A DNA stretch of 64,000 nt from an uncultured Planctomycetaceae bacterium (GTDB lineage: Bacteria; Planctomycetota; Planctomycetia; Pirellulales; PALSA-1355), in NCBI GenBank assembly GCA_963785305.1, contig CAWAUV010000008.1, positions 416,001-480,000 of the forward strand, given 5' to 3'. Under the pieces are notes generated by a model, which saw only the letters and a program-made list of their open reading frames with translations, searched no databases and had not been told where the DNA came from. A program made the translations under genes and the position numbers. Positions 31,385-41,522 of the stretch are shown here, in pieces (within the stretch, counting starts at the first letter, position 1; every line of letters starts with the position of its first letter).

Positions 31385-33035
31385 ACTGGGCGTGGATGCT
31401 CAGCCGCCGGGGAAATCTGGCGGCGTTTCATCGCGCCACGCGGGATGTGGCCGGGTCGCAAGCGGCGAAGTTGCGCCGTATTCTAGCGGCAAACGTTGAT
31501 ACGGCATTTGGCCGACGCCACGGCTTTGCTTCGATTCGGAATGTGCATGATTTCCAGGCCCGCGCTCCGCTTGCGGATTACGAGGCCATGGCGCCGTGGA
31601 TCGAGCGAATCGCGCGCGGCGAGGATCATGTGCTCACTGGAGAGCCTGTCCGACTGCTCGAGCCGACCGGTGGATCGACCGACGGCGAGAAATTGATTCC
31701 TTATACGAACGCGCTGCGAGCGGATTTTCAATTCGCGTTGGGCGCCTGGATCGCCGATCTGTTCATGCATCGGCCGGGGGCGCGAGCGGGGCGAGCCTAC
31801 TGGTCGCTTTCACCTGCTTTCGGGGCCGAACGCCGCTCGATCGGGGGCATTCCGATCGGCTTCGATAGCGACGCCGCGTATCTTGGCCGCGCGGAACAGC
31901 TTCTTTTGCGTCATGTGCTCGTGGCCCCGCCTGAAATAGCACGCATCGACCGGATCGAGGCATTTCGACATGCCACGCTCGCGCATCTGTTGGCCGCCGC
32001 CGATCTGTCGTTGATCTCGATCTGGCACCCCAGCTTCTTAACGCGGCTCGTCGCATCGCTCGATGCTTGGGGAGAAAGGATTTGCACGGAGATCGAACAC
32101 GGCGCGATATATCTTACGGGCGTGGGCGCCCCGCGGTTGGCCGGTGATCGACGCCGAGCAGACCAAGTTCGGCGAGTGCTCCGCGAACTATCGTCGCCGC
32201 ATGAACGATTCGCCGCGCTTTGGCCAAAGCTCGCGCTGATTAGCTGCTGGACCGACGCCGCGGCGGCGATTCCCACGGCGGAACTACGGCAATTGTTTCC
32301 AGCCGTCGAGTTTCAATCGAAGGGCTTGGTCGCCACCGAAGGCATTGTGTCGTTTCCGCTCGTCGGTCAGCCCGCGCCGCCGCTCGCGCTTGAATCTCAC
32401 TTTTTTGAATTTCTTGAAGGCAACCCATCGACGAACTCTGTTTCGCGATTGGCGCACGAACTCGAACCGGGCGGCCGTTATCGCGTGGTGCTCACGACTT
32501 CCGGCGGAATGTATCGCTACACACTGCACGACGAGGTCGAAGTGGTCGGTTTCTTGCGGGAGTGCCCCTTGATTCGTTTCAGGGGAAAGCTCGATCGGAC
32601 AAGCGACCTCGTGGGGGAGAAGTTGTCGGAGGTCCATGTGCAAGCGGCAGTGACGCATGTGCTCTCGAAATATCGAATCCATGCGACCTTCGCGCTGCTC
32701 GCGCCCATGGAAGGTCAACCGCCGCACTATCGGCTATTTCTGCAATGTGGTTCGTCCAGGCCGGAACCACTCTTGGAACGCCTTCGCTCCGCATTGGACG
32801 CGGAATTGGCGAAGAACCCGCATTATCGCTACGCCATCGGGCTTGGACAATTGGCTCCGGCCGACGTTCAGTGGCTTTCGGCCGAAGCACTGTTGCGGCG
32901 ATTTTCGAGGCGCGCTCCATCTCGCGCGGCCAGCGAGTGGGCGCCGTCAAGCCAGCTGCGCTCGATGCCTGGACCGGCTGGTCCGAACTGTTCGGCTCGC
33001 GCACGGTATCCGGCGATCTTCCGCGGCGCGATTAA
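31363..33035 (+). CDS. GH3 auxin-responsive-promoter family acyl-adenylate/amide ligase (frameshift near 32890)
   Basis: TAFGRRHGF, PLADYE, EPTGGSTDGEKLIP (P-loop-like motif I), ATEG, TTSGGMYRY..D, GEKL, and C-terminal GQRVGAVKP in the shifted frame. Confidence 0.88.
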
Positions 33036-33685
33036 CGGGATCGTCGCGCGGCCAGCCCGCGGAAATAAACTGTCCTCGCCACGAATGCGCCGAGTAGCGT
33101 GCCGGCGAGCACATCAAGCAGATAGTGCTGGTGCGTAAGAAGTGTCGCGACGACGATGCCGACGCCCCACACAGCGAGCAGGGACTTGCCCAGCGGCCTG
33201 GCGCAAGGCGCATAAGCGACCACGGAGAGAGTGGTGAAAGCCACATGCAGCGAGGGGAAAAAGTTCTGCTTTAGAGCGATTGCCACCGATACTTCAAACA
33301 ACGGCGCCCATCCGCCGAGTTCTTCGGACCGCGGCGGTCGAAACGCCACTTCGGCCGGCAGCAGCACGAAGCAGACTCCCGCGATCAGGGTCGCCGCCAC
33401 GATCGCCTTGGCGAAAGCCGCCAACTCGTCGCGACTCCGTAAGACAAACGGCGCCATCCACAGCAGCAGGTTCAGCGATAGATAGAGCGTCGCCGCGCTT
33501 GGCGCCAGCGGCAGCGCGAGATCGGCTTCGCTGTGCAACCGCACCCGCCACGAATGCCGCCGCGCAAGCCAATCGGCGCCGCCATACACGACCACGAACA
33601 CCAGGGCCGCGAGCATGCCGAGCTTCATCGCGTAGCCCAGTTGAGTCCATCCTGGCCAGTGCCAAAACGATCGAGACTCGCTCAT
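33032..33685 (-). CDS. PAP2-superfamily membrane phosphatase/phosphotransferase
   Basis: Several transmembrane segments, with NFFPSLH and THQHYLLDV catalytic motifs. Confidence 0.85.
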   Translation of the reverse strand: MSESRSFWHWPGWTQLGYAMKLGMLAALVFVVVYGGADWLARRHSWRVRLHSEADLALPLAPSAATLYLSLNLLLWMAPFVLRSRDELAAFAKAIVAATLIAGVCFVLLPAEVAFRPPRSEELGGWAPLFEVSVAIALKQNFFPSLHVAFTTLSVVAYAPCARPLGKSLLAVWGVGIVVATLLTHQHYLLDVLAGTLLGAFVARTVYFRGLAARRSR

Positions 33686-34634
33686 TGGCGGATCGACAGC
33701 GGAAGCGGGCGAAGCGATTCGGGCGCGGGCTCTTGGTTCAGTCGCGGGCCACGCCACAATCGGAAATATTGCCGCATATAACTCGGCCGTTCGTCGTCCG
33801 GTTGCGAAAGGGTCGGCAAATAACGCCAGGGAACATCGGGTCGGCGGTGATGATTCAAATCGAACTCCATATGCAGCAGCAAATAACTCATCACGCGATT
33901 GTGCTTCAGATTCCAAGCTCCCTCGACCACATCGCGCTTGGAAAATGCATGGCCGATATATTGCCGTGTCGACCAGTTGAAAGCAAAGCAAGCGTAGAGA
34001 AACGCCACGCGAGGGGGCGACAGCGCGAAGAGCCAAAAAATCACCGCGAAGAACGCGATCGTGAGCAGCACCTCGAAGCGAATCGCGCCACATCGCAATC
34101 GTCGATGTCCGCCAGCAGATAGCTCGACGACCGCGCGCGGCGGAAAATCGGCGCTCGCAACACCCGTGGGCACACGGCAAACAAAAGAGCCCCGAGCGGA
34201 ATGCAGGGCCAGAACAGACCGCAGAGAATGCCATACCACTGCACGAACCGCACGAGTCGGTTGTCGGTCGGATAATACAGATCGAACATTTCATAATCAG
34301 TCCGATTCCGCAGGTGATGCCCCCAGTGCATCGTGTGCATCATGCTGTAGGGAAAGGGGAACAAGAATCCCGCGAGCGTTCCGAGCGCTCGGTTCCAAGT
34401 CGGTTCCGTTTGAAGATTGTCGTGCGATGCTTCATGGAGCAGTGAATAGTTCGTGAGCAGCACATAAGAAAAAAGGACGCCACCCGCACCGAGTGCCCAG
34501 ATCGATGGCGTGTGCGAGCACCACCACAAAAGAGCGAGCGCCACCCCGAATACGACGAGAACCAGTGCCCGATTGAGCCGATCGGGAATTGGCATCGCGC
34601 CAGCGGAGTGGGATTCGTCGCGCGAGTTGGACAT
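33682..34634 (-). CDS. Membrane fatty-acid desaturase family protein (frameshift near 34080)
   Basis: Histidine boxes HEASH, HWGHH and HMEFDLNHH plus transmembrane segments. Its stop overlaps the PAP2 start. Confidence 0.88.
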
Positions 34635-34894
34635 TGGCACGGAGCTCAGCGGCGGAAAAAAAATCGCGATTTGACCATTTTGTCCAATTTGGCAATCGCC
34701 GCCTCGGCGGAAAACCGGCCTTGGCCGTCGACCGTTTTGCTCGCCGCATTATAGACATGGAGTCGAATGCAAGTCACGCATCGTCCAACGGCCCACGTCG
34801 CCGCCGGCGTCGCCGAGGCGATGCATCGCACCCGCGGCCAGGATCGTTGGCGATCGGATATCGGATTTATCGGTTCCCGGGCTTTTTTTCGGGC

Positions 34895-34923
34895 TTGACG
34901 CCTTGGGGCCGAATCTCTAATCT
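34895..34923 (+). promoter_or_regulatory. Putative sigma70 promoter upstream of the FlgI-like gene
   Basis: TTGACG-N17-TAATCT. Confidence 0.35.
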
Positions 34924-35159
34924 CCCGCGCGAATCGCGTTTCCTCGTCAAAACCCGTTCGGGAATTCGGGAAGCGGATCGCCGGGCGGCACGGATCGTCG
35001 CTCGGGCAGGAAGCCTTCGTTGCCCGCTTGTCTCGATCGGGGCAATCGCGGTGTCCCCCATGGGCGCCGCGAGCGAAGGAGACGAATTTTAACCTTGCTG
35101 AGCCGATCGCGGGCACGGGTTCGCGCGTTGGTAGGCATTTGACCGCGTGGGAGCTTGGC

Positions 35160-36896
35160 ATGGATGCTCGGCGACTGCTCGCTGGCCTATTGGCCATCGG
35201 TTGGCTGCTCGGCAATGGCTGCAGCAAGCCCCGCGCTGCGCTCGCAGAGTCCCGAGGACCTGTCCGACGCGATGGAATCGCGCACTCGGCTGATCGGCGA
35301 TTTTGCCCGTCCCTACGGCAATACCTATATCAAGGTCGAAAGCGTGTCCCTGGTCACGCATCTGGCCAATACCGGCGAGGACCCGGGCCCCTCGCCGCAG
35401 CGTGAAACCCTGCTCAACGACATGAAGCGCCGGGGCGTGGCCAATCCCTCGGCGCTGCTCGCTTCGCCCACGACATCGCTGGTGCTGGTGCGCGGCTTCT
35501 TGCCGCCCGGCGTGCAAAAAGGCGATAAGTTCGATCTCGAGGTGCAAACTCCCGGCCGCAGTGAAACGACCAGTCTGCGAGGCGGTTTGCTCATGGAAAC
35601 CGATCTGCGCGAGATGGCCGCCTTGGGAAATCAGATTCACCAGGGTCATCGGCTCGGAATTGGCGAAGGCCCGCTGCTCGTGGACCCGGCGGCCGACGGC
35701 GACAAGGACCGCGCGCTACTCACCCATGCCCGCGTGCTAGGCGGCGGCGTGGCGGTGAAATCGCGTTCGCTCGGCCTCGTGATCGGGTCGGAAGATAAAA
35801 GCGTGCGGCTCAGCGCCCAAATCGCCGACGCGCTCGGCAAGCGATTCAGCGTGTTCGACCACGGCCTCAAGCAAGGCGTGGCCAAGGCCAAGACCGATGA
35901 GTTCATCGATCTCGCCGTGCATCCGCGATATAAGAACAATATCGCCCGCTATATTCGCGTGGTGCGGGCCGTGGCGATCAAGGAGTCGACGGCCGACCAG
36001 ATCAGCCGGCTTTCGCTGCTCGAGCGGCAATTGCTCGACCCAATCACTTCGTCGGCCGCGGCGCTCCGGCTCGAGGCGATCGGTCTGCCGGCGGTAAAGA
36101 CCTTGCTCAAGGGCATCGAGGCCAAGGAGACCGAAGTGCGGTTCTATGCCGCCGAGGCGCTAGCCTATCTCGACCAACCGACGGCGGTGGTCCCGCTGGG
36201 CCGCGCGCGCGCGAGGAACCCGCTCTGCGCGTCTATGCGCTCACCGCCTTGAGCGCGATGGATGATATGTCGGCCTACGACGAGCTCCGCTCCATGCTCG
36301 ATGCCCCCAGCGCCGAAACGCGCTACGGCGCCTTCCGGGCCCTATGGGCCATGAACGCCAACGATCCCATCGTCAAAGGCGAAAACATGCAAGATCGGTT
36401 CAGCTATCATGTGCTGAATCTCGAAGGGCCGCCGATGGTGCATGTGACCCGCAGCTTCCGGCCCGAAGTCGTGCTATTTGGCGCCGATCAGCGATTCCAT
36501 ACTCCGATGGTGCTTGAAGCCGGCAACTCGATCATCATCAATGGCGCGAGCGACGACCGAGTGGTGGTGAGCCGCTTCGCGGTTGGCCAGCCCGACGAGA
36601 AACGCGTCGTGAGCGCCAAGGTCGATGACGTAATTCGGGCGATCGTCGAACTTGGCGGAAACTATCCCGACGTGGTGTGCGCCTTGCAACAGGCCAAGGA
36701 TAGCCGCGCTCTGGCTAGCCGCTTCGAGGTCGACGCGCTCCCCGACACCGGTCGGGCCTACAAACACCACGAGAAAGACCACGACGAGAAAGAGGGCGAC
36801 GAAAAGGATCCGGCCCCGCGGGCCGATGGCCAACTCGAAGTGGCCAGCCCGCTGCCAGAGCTCTTCCTGCCCAAGGCCCTGCGAACGCTGCGATAA
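35160..36896 (+). CDS. FlgI (P-ring)-like lipoprotein with HEAT repeats (frameshifts near 35230 and 36210)
   Basis: Lipobox-like LGNGC, LPPGVQKGDKFDLEV...TSLRGGLLMETDL (FlgI-like) and EVRFYAAEALAYL (HEAT-like). Confidence 0.75.
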
Positions 36897-36927
36897 CGCG
36901 AATTTGCTCGTCGCGATCGGGCGCCAC

Positions 36928-38241
36928 TCACGACTCGCTATCGAATCCACCGCGGCGGCCATGGAGCTTGTCGCGACTGGCCCAAAGGCCGGCCGATGGC
37001 GTGGGAATGAAGAAAAACCGCTCGCCGTCGGCCGTTTCATGCCAGCCTTCGCCGCGCGTCTCGGGCCGGTAGCGGTCGATCGCGGCCTGGAGATCGGCGT
37101 GGCCAAAATGCACGCCCTCGATCTCCGCTCGGCTCAAGTGGCCCGGCGCATAGGTAATGCGAAAGCGGCCCTCGCTCGAGCCGTGGATCAAGTGCGCCGT
37201 GGCATGGGCCAGGTCTTGCATGTCGGCCTCGCGGCCATAATGCTCCATCACGCGCGGAGTGCCGCAATAACCATATTTGCGAATCAGCGCGTCGACATCC
37301 GGCTGCTCGCCAAATCGCTTGAGGCCCGGGGCGAGGATCACGAGCTCGCCGCCATCGGCCAACGCCATTCGGGTGCGATACACCGCTTTGTTCGCCACCC
37401 AAGTGCTGAAGAACTCGTCGCCCTGCATCACGCACACGATCCGCTCGATCGGCTCGTCGAACACCGTGATATTTTGCCGCCGCGATTGCCGGGCCGCCGC
37501 CAAGTAGGTCTCGAGATCGTCGCCCACATGGAAGCCGGTGTGGGCAAGTTCGCCGCGCTGATTGCGGGCCATGACCACCTGGATATAAAAGTCGGGCAGG
37601 TGGCCGAGGAATTGGTCTTCGGCATGGTTGAAGCAGGCTCGCACCGGCGTGACCAGATTGCCGAGATTATTTTCAATGCCGCAGGTGGCCGCCATCATGT
37701 GCGAGGCGCAGATCAGGTCCTTGCCGCCCAGGCCAATGAAATAGTTCTTGTTGTGATTGGCGAAGCCGAGCACTTCGTGCGGCACCACATGGCCGACGTT
37801 AATGACCAAATCCCAGGGCTCTTCCATGAGCGAGCGATTCAATTGGATGGGAATCGCCCAGTTGGCGAGCCCGTCGGATGCCTCGTCGACGAACCGCGCC
37901 GAGACCGCCCCCACATCGACACAGCCGCCGCGCCAATCGTGGGCATGAATCCGTTCGTTGGGAATCGAGCCGAACATTTGCCGATTCTCCTCGGCGGTGT
38001 GCGGCACATGCTGGCCCAGCGTGGGAATCACATGCACGTCGGCCTCGCCGCAAAACGCATGGTAGAGCATCTCGGTCAGGCGGCCGGCGCCCGAGTGCAT
38101 GCGAGTGATGTCCGGCGGTAAGAGAAGCACTCGCTTGGGACGGGCCGAAATTCGGCGGCGTGCCTCGGCCACGGTCGCGCCGATCAATTCCTCGAGCCGG
38201 GGCCAAGAGATTTCGTCCGCCGTTTCCGTAATCCAAGGCAT
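36928..38241 (-). CDS. Lactate racemase (LarA) domain protein
   Basis: LLPPDITR, PTLGQH, HDW and VVPHEVLGFAN motifs. Confidence 0.8.
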   Translation of the reverse strand: MPWITETADEISWPRLEELIGATVAEARRRISARPKRVLLLPPDITRMHSGAGRLTEMLYHAFCGEADVHVIPTLGQHVPHTAEENRQMFGSIPNERIHAHDWRGGCVDVGAVSARFVDEASDGLANWAIPIQLNRSLMEEPWDLVINVGHVVPHEVLGFANHNKNYFIGLGGKDLICASHMMAATCGIENNLGNLVTPVRACFNHAEDQFLGHLPDFYIQVVMARNQRGELAHTGFHVGDDLETYLAAARQSRRQNITVFDEPIERIVCVMQGDEFFSTWVANKAVYRTRMALADGGELVILAPGLKRFGEQPDVDALIRKYGYCGTPRVMEHYGREADMQDLAHATAHLIHGSSEGRFRITYAPGHLSRAEIEGVHFGHADLQAAIDRYRPETRGEGWHETADGERFFFIPTPSAGLWASRDKLHGRRGGFDSES

Positions 38242-38384
38242 GGGGTTCGCTCCGAAGAAATCCGCGTGAGCCCGCGCTCGGTAAACACCGAGCGCGACGG
38301 CTGAAACACGACATTCTAATCGAACCCGAAAGCTGGAGAAGGGCCCCGGCGCCGCCGCGCGATGAATTGCTCGACCGCCACGAT

Positions 38385-38881
38385 TCAGCCTCTGGGCCCC
38401 GGCCCACGGCGATGCATCGCCGCGCTCGGCGGAGGCCGACGAACGAAGGCCTCGGGGTTGGCCAAGCGCAGGGCCAGGGAGCGAGCGAAAAGCACGAATT
38501 CGGGCCGGCTCGTCTGTTCTTGGCCGGGCAGCTTCATGCCGAATGCTTGACCGTTGAGCGCCATGGGAGGAATGGTCCGCATTGCCCCATCGCCGACCAG
38601 CGCGTCCAAGCGGCGCTCGAGCGCCGGCGCGCGTGGCGTGCTTCGGCGTCGCTCAGCAAGTCGTCGTGATTCGTGTCGGCGTCGCGAAACACGTGTTCGG
38701 CCGCGCGATCGATGGGGCGCCAAGCATTGTCTCCCTCGCGGGGCGATGGTTCGTTGAAGCCTAATCGGGGAAAGGCGGCTTGAAGCTCTCCCTGCAGCCC
38801 GAGCGGCGCCGCGGCGATTGCGCAAGCGCCGGTCAAGGCGACGACGAGAAGCACCCTTGTGTTGCGCGATGGCGATGGCAT
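38385..38881 (-). CDS. Small secreted EF-hand-like protein (frameshift near 38620)
   Basis: Signal-like N-terminus and an EF-hand-like loop FRDADTNHDDLLSDAE. Confidence 0.5.
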
Positions 38882-39154
38882 GGCGAGCGTCTCATGGGCA
38901 TAAGCGTTCGAGGGCGGCCAGTGGATCTCCGCGTGGCGCCACTGTTCATGAAACGCATGCGCGCCCGCGCGGCGCCGCGTGTCGGCGATTGTCTTGCGCA
39001 CAAGTAATGTTCTCGCGGAAAGCGCTCGGGATGCTTGCGCGGGATGGCGGCCGAGGATAATCGCGGCGTCGCTCGCGCATTGCGATCAAAATTTTTCCGG
39101 CGAAAAGTCCTCGGCTGGTTGCAATCGAGCGAGAGTTTGATAGACTTTGCGGGC

Positions 39155-39213
39155 GTGGGGAATCAGCCCACATAATTCCATGTAGGTGCTTGATTCGTGG
39201 GAAACAAACCCAT
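39155..39213. promoter_or_regulatory. Two 17-bp inverted GTGGG-N7-CCCA(C/T) sites upstream of mraZ (candidate MraZ operators)
   Basis: GTGGGGAATCAGCCCAC at 39155-39171 and GTGGGAAACAAACCCAT at 39197-39213. Confidence 0.5.
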
Positions 39214-39311
39214 TACAATAGGAGCTAGCCGGCGATGCGGCTCCGGCGGCGTTGCGACCGCGAGCGTTCAGCGCGGTTCGTTGACGGCCCTTTTCTCATT
39301 TGCGGAACACG

Positions 39312-39857
39312 ATGCCCACGCCGTCCTCACTGATTCTGGGCGAGTTCTCCCGGCGGCTCGACGAACGCCATCGGCTTTCGCTGCCGGCCGAGTTATTCGG
39401 ACCGCTCATGGCGATCGATGCCCCGGTGGCGAAATCGTTCGAGACCGATGCCGACGCCGCGGGCGAGGGTGGGACCGCGTTCGACGCGATCTTGGCCAAG
39501 GAGCGGCCCGGGGCTCTCAGCTTGTGGAATGCGGCCGTTTGGCGTCAGAACCTCGAAGCGGGCATCGCCCTGGTGCAAGCCAAGATGATGGCCGGCAAGC
39601 TCGAAGGCCGGTGGGACGAAGTGCAATCGCTCGGTCGGCTGCTCTCCACCCGGCAGCGCCCGGTGCAAATTGCCGGCCGCGGAAGGCTCGTGATTCCCGA
39701 GGGCTTTCGCGAGTTCTTGAATGTGCCGCCCGGCGAGGAAGTGCTCCTGGTGGGAGCGGGCGTGTGTGTCGAGCTCTGGCAGCCGCGAGCTTGGCACGAC
39801 CATATCGCCGTGGCGATGCCCGATTTCCGCTCGCTTTTCGATCGGCTCACGGCCTGA
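39312..39857 (+). CDS. mraZ: MraZ family transcriptional regulator
   Basis: GEFSRRLDERHRLSLP and a second AbrB-like repeat GRGRLVIPEGFREFL...VGAGVCVELW. Confidence 0.85.
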   Translation: MPTPSSLILGEFSRRLDERHRLSLPAELFGPLMAIDAPVAKSFETDADAAGEGGTAFDAILAKERPGALSLWNAAVWRQNLEAGIALVQAKMMAGKLEGRWDEVQSLGRLLSTRQRPVQIAGRGRLVIPEGFREFLNVPPGEEVLLVGAGVCVELWQPRAWHDHIAVAMPDFRSLFDRLTA

Positions 39858-39942
39858 TGCCAATGCGCGGGCCGCATGTTCCGGAGCATGCAAGAAGGAG
39901 AAACGCGGCTTGATCGCGCGGCGAGCAAGCGCCAAAGTCGAT

Positions 39943-39981
39943 CAGCGACAGAAACAACCAGCGACAGAAACAACCAGCGAC
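39943..39981. repeat. 16-bp tandem repeat (about 2.4 copies)
   Basis: CAGCGACAGAAACAAC twice, then CAGCGAC. Confidence 0.8.
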
Positions 39982-40096
39982 CATGTCCGGCAGGGAGCCT
40001 TTAGATCCTTATCCGTCGTCTTTCGGTGCGGATTGCAAGTCTCCAGGGAAGGCCCGATTGGCACGGATGCCCCAATCAACACCCTGCCGGACATGG
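39981..40096. ncRNA. Candidate structured RNA downstream of mraZ
   Basis: Perfect 15-bp closing helix CCATGTCCGGCAGGG / CCCTGCCGGACATGG enclosing two internal hairpins (ATCCG...CGGAT and GATTGGCACGGATGCCCCAATC). Confidence 0.45.
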
Positions 40097-40279
40097 CGCT
40101 TATTTCATTGCGAGCGATGCCTCGCCGCCTTCTGCGGACAAAGCTTGCCGCCTGATTGGCATGAGTGGCCCGAGTCAGCGGGTCGCTATTTTGGCGATTT
40201 CGTAAATCGCCTCATCAAAAAATCCCTCCTGATCGCATTAGCCATACCTCATCGGCAACACGCGACGAAAAAAATCGTG

Positions 40280-40308
40280 TTGACAAAATATGCAAAACAG
40301 AATATATT
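40280..40308 (+). promoter_or_regulatory. Near-consensus sigma70 promoter for the ATPase pair
   Basis: TTGACA (40280-40285), 17-nt spacer, TATATT (40303-40308), in an AT-rich patch 45 bp upstream of the ATG. Confidence 0.7.
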
Positions 40309-40352
40309 CAGAATGTGATTAATTCTTCAGTGATTTTTTTGTGGAATTAGCA

Positions 40353-41522
40353 ATGAGAAATATTCTAGGAAGTCCCGTCGAAGGCGCTGATTTCTTCGAT
40401 CGCCCCGAAATACTGCTGAAGCTCAATCGCGAGCTGGACAATTGCGGCAATCTGCTAATGGTGGCGCCGCGTCGCGTCGGGAAGACCTCGCTGGTGCTCC
40501 GCCTTTGTGAACAATGGCGACGGGATTCGCGAAACGCGGTTTGGATGAATGTGGAAGCGCAGACCAATGAGCTCGCCTTTGCCGAGAGGTTGGTCGATGA
40601 GCTGAGCGCCAAAATCGAGTCTAAGATGTTGGTTCAAATCCAAGCCTTGTTCCGCGCCGCTCGCGATAACATCCGCGGCGTCGGTTTCCATGGTCTCGAA
40701 CTCACCCTAGGCGGACCGTCGGAACCGGAGTTCTCGACTTTGGGCAAAGCCTTGGAGTCTGTTTTTCGAAAAATCGAGCAGGGCGAAACTCCCGTTCTTC
40801 TCGCGATCGATGAACTGCCGGAATTCCTGCTTAGATTGCAAAAGTCGGAGAACGGACCAACTCGGGTCACCGCGTTCTTGCACTGGCTCCGCGTGCTGCG
40901 GCAAACGTTTCGCCGGAATACTCGCTGGTTGTTTTTGGGTTCCATCGGGCTCAACACCTTTGTCGAACAACAGAACCTGCAAAAACTGATCAATGATCTC
41001 CAGATATTCACGCTCGACGCGTTTTCACGCGACGAAGCCGATGCATTTTTGCGGCAGTTGGGCGATTCAAATAATCTGTCGCTCTCGCCGAGCGAGCGGA
41101 ACGAGATCATTGCCGCATTGGGATGGCCACTGGCTTACCACTTGCAATTGGTTTTCCACGAGCTTCTCGACAGCGAATCGCGATCGATTTCCGCCGCGAT
41201 CGAATTGCTGCTTCATTCAAACAAGTCAGCCTATTTCGACACTTGGCGCCAACGTATCTCGGTCCAGTTTTCGGACTCGGACGCCAGGGCGTGCATCGCC
41301 ATGCTCGATCATCTTTGTGTCTTCCCGGCCGGTCGCGAGCGGGCGCAGATTCTCAACCAACTGATGACTCAGCCCGCGGCCGTTGTCGAGAAAGTCGACC
41401 CTCAACTCCGTCGCTTGCTGAAAGTGCTCCAGCGCGACGGGTATCTGCTCGATAGTGAAGGCCGATATGCGTTTCGCTCTTTCCTACTGCGTGAATATTG
41501 GCATCGGAGTCATGTCCGATGA
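40353..41522 (+). CDS. P-loop ATPase (STAND/archaeal-ATPase-like) with a C-terminal winged-helix-like region
   Basis: FFDR, Walker A APRRVGKTS, Walker B LLAIDE, GSIG, GWPL and C-terminal LQRDGYL...RYAFRSFLLREYW. Confidence 0.85.
   Translation: MRNILGSPVEGADFFDRPEILLKLNRELDNCGNLLMVAPRRVGKTSLVLRLCEQWRRDSRNAVWMNVEAQTNELAFAERLVDELSAKIESKMLVQIQALFRAARDNIRGVGFHGLELTLGGPSEPEFSTLGKALESVFRKIEQGETPVLLAIDELPEFLLRLQKSENGPTRVTAFLHWLRVLRQTFRRNTRWLFLGSIGLNTFVEQQNLQKLINDLQIFTLDAFSRDEADAFLRQLGDSNNLSLSPSERNEIIAALGWPLAYHLQLVFHELLDSESRSISAAIELLLHSNKSAYFDTWRQRISVQFSDSDARACIAMLDHLCVFPAGRERAQILNQLMTQPAAVVEKVDPQLRRLLKVLQRDGYLLDSEGRYAFRSFLLREYWHRSHVR

Noticed and set aside
26694..34634. Ladderane or hopanoid biosynthesis assignment for the B12-rSAM cluster
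   Set aside because: No ACP/fab genes, squalene-hopene cyclase or hpn genes are present, so the sequence alone does not support this.
18100..34700. Integrative element or prophage
   Set aside because: The content is accessory-like, but I found no integrase, transposase, tRNA target or att direct repeats.
39943..39981. Second CRISPR array
   Set aside because: The 16-bp units are directly adjacent with no spacers, so this is a simple tandem repeat.
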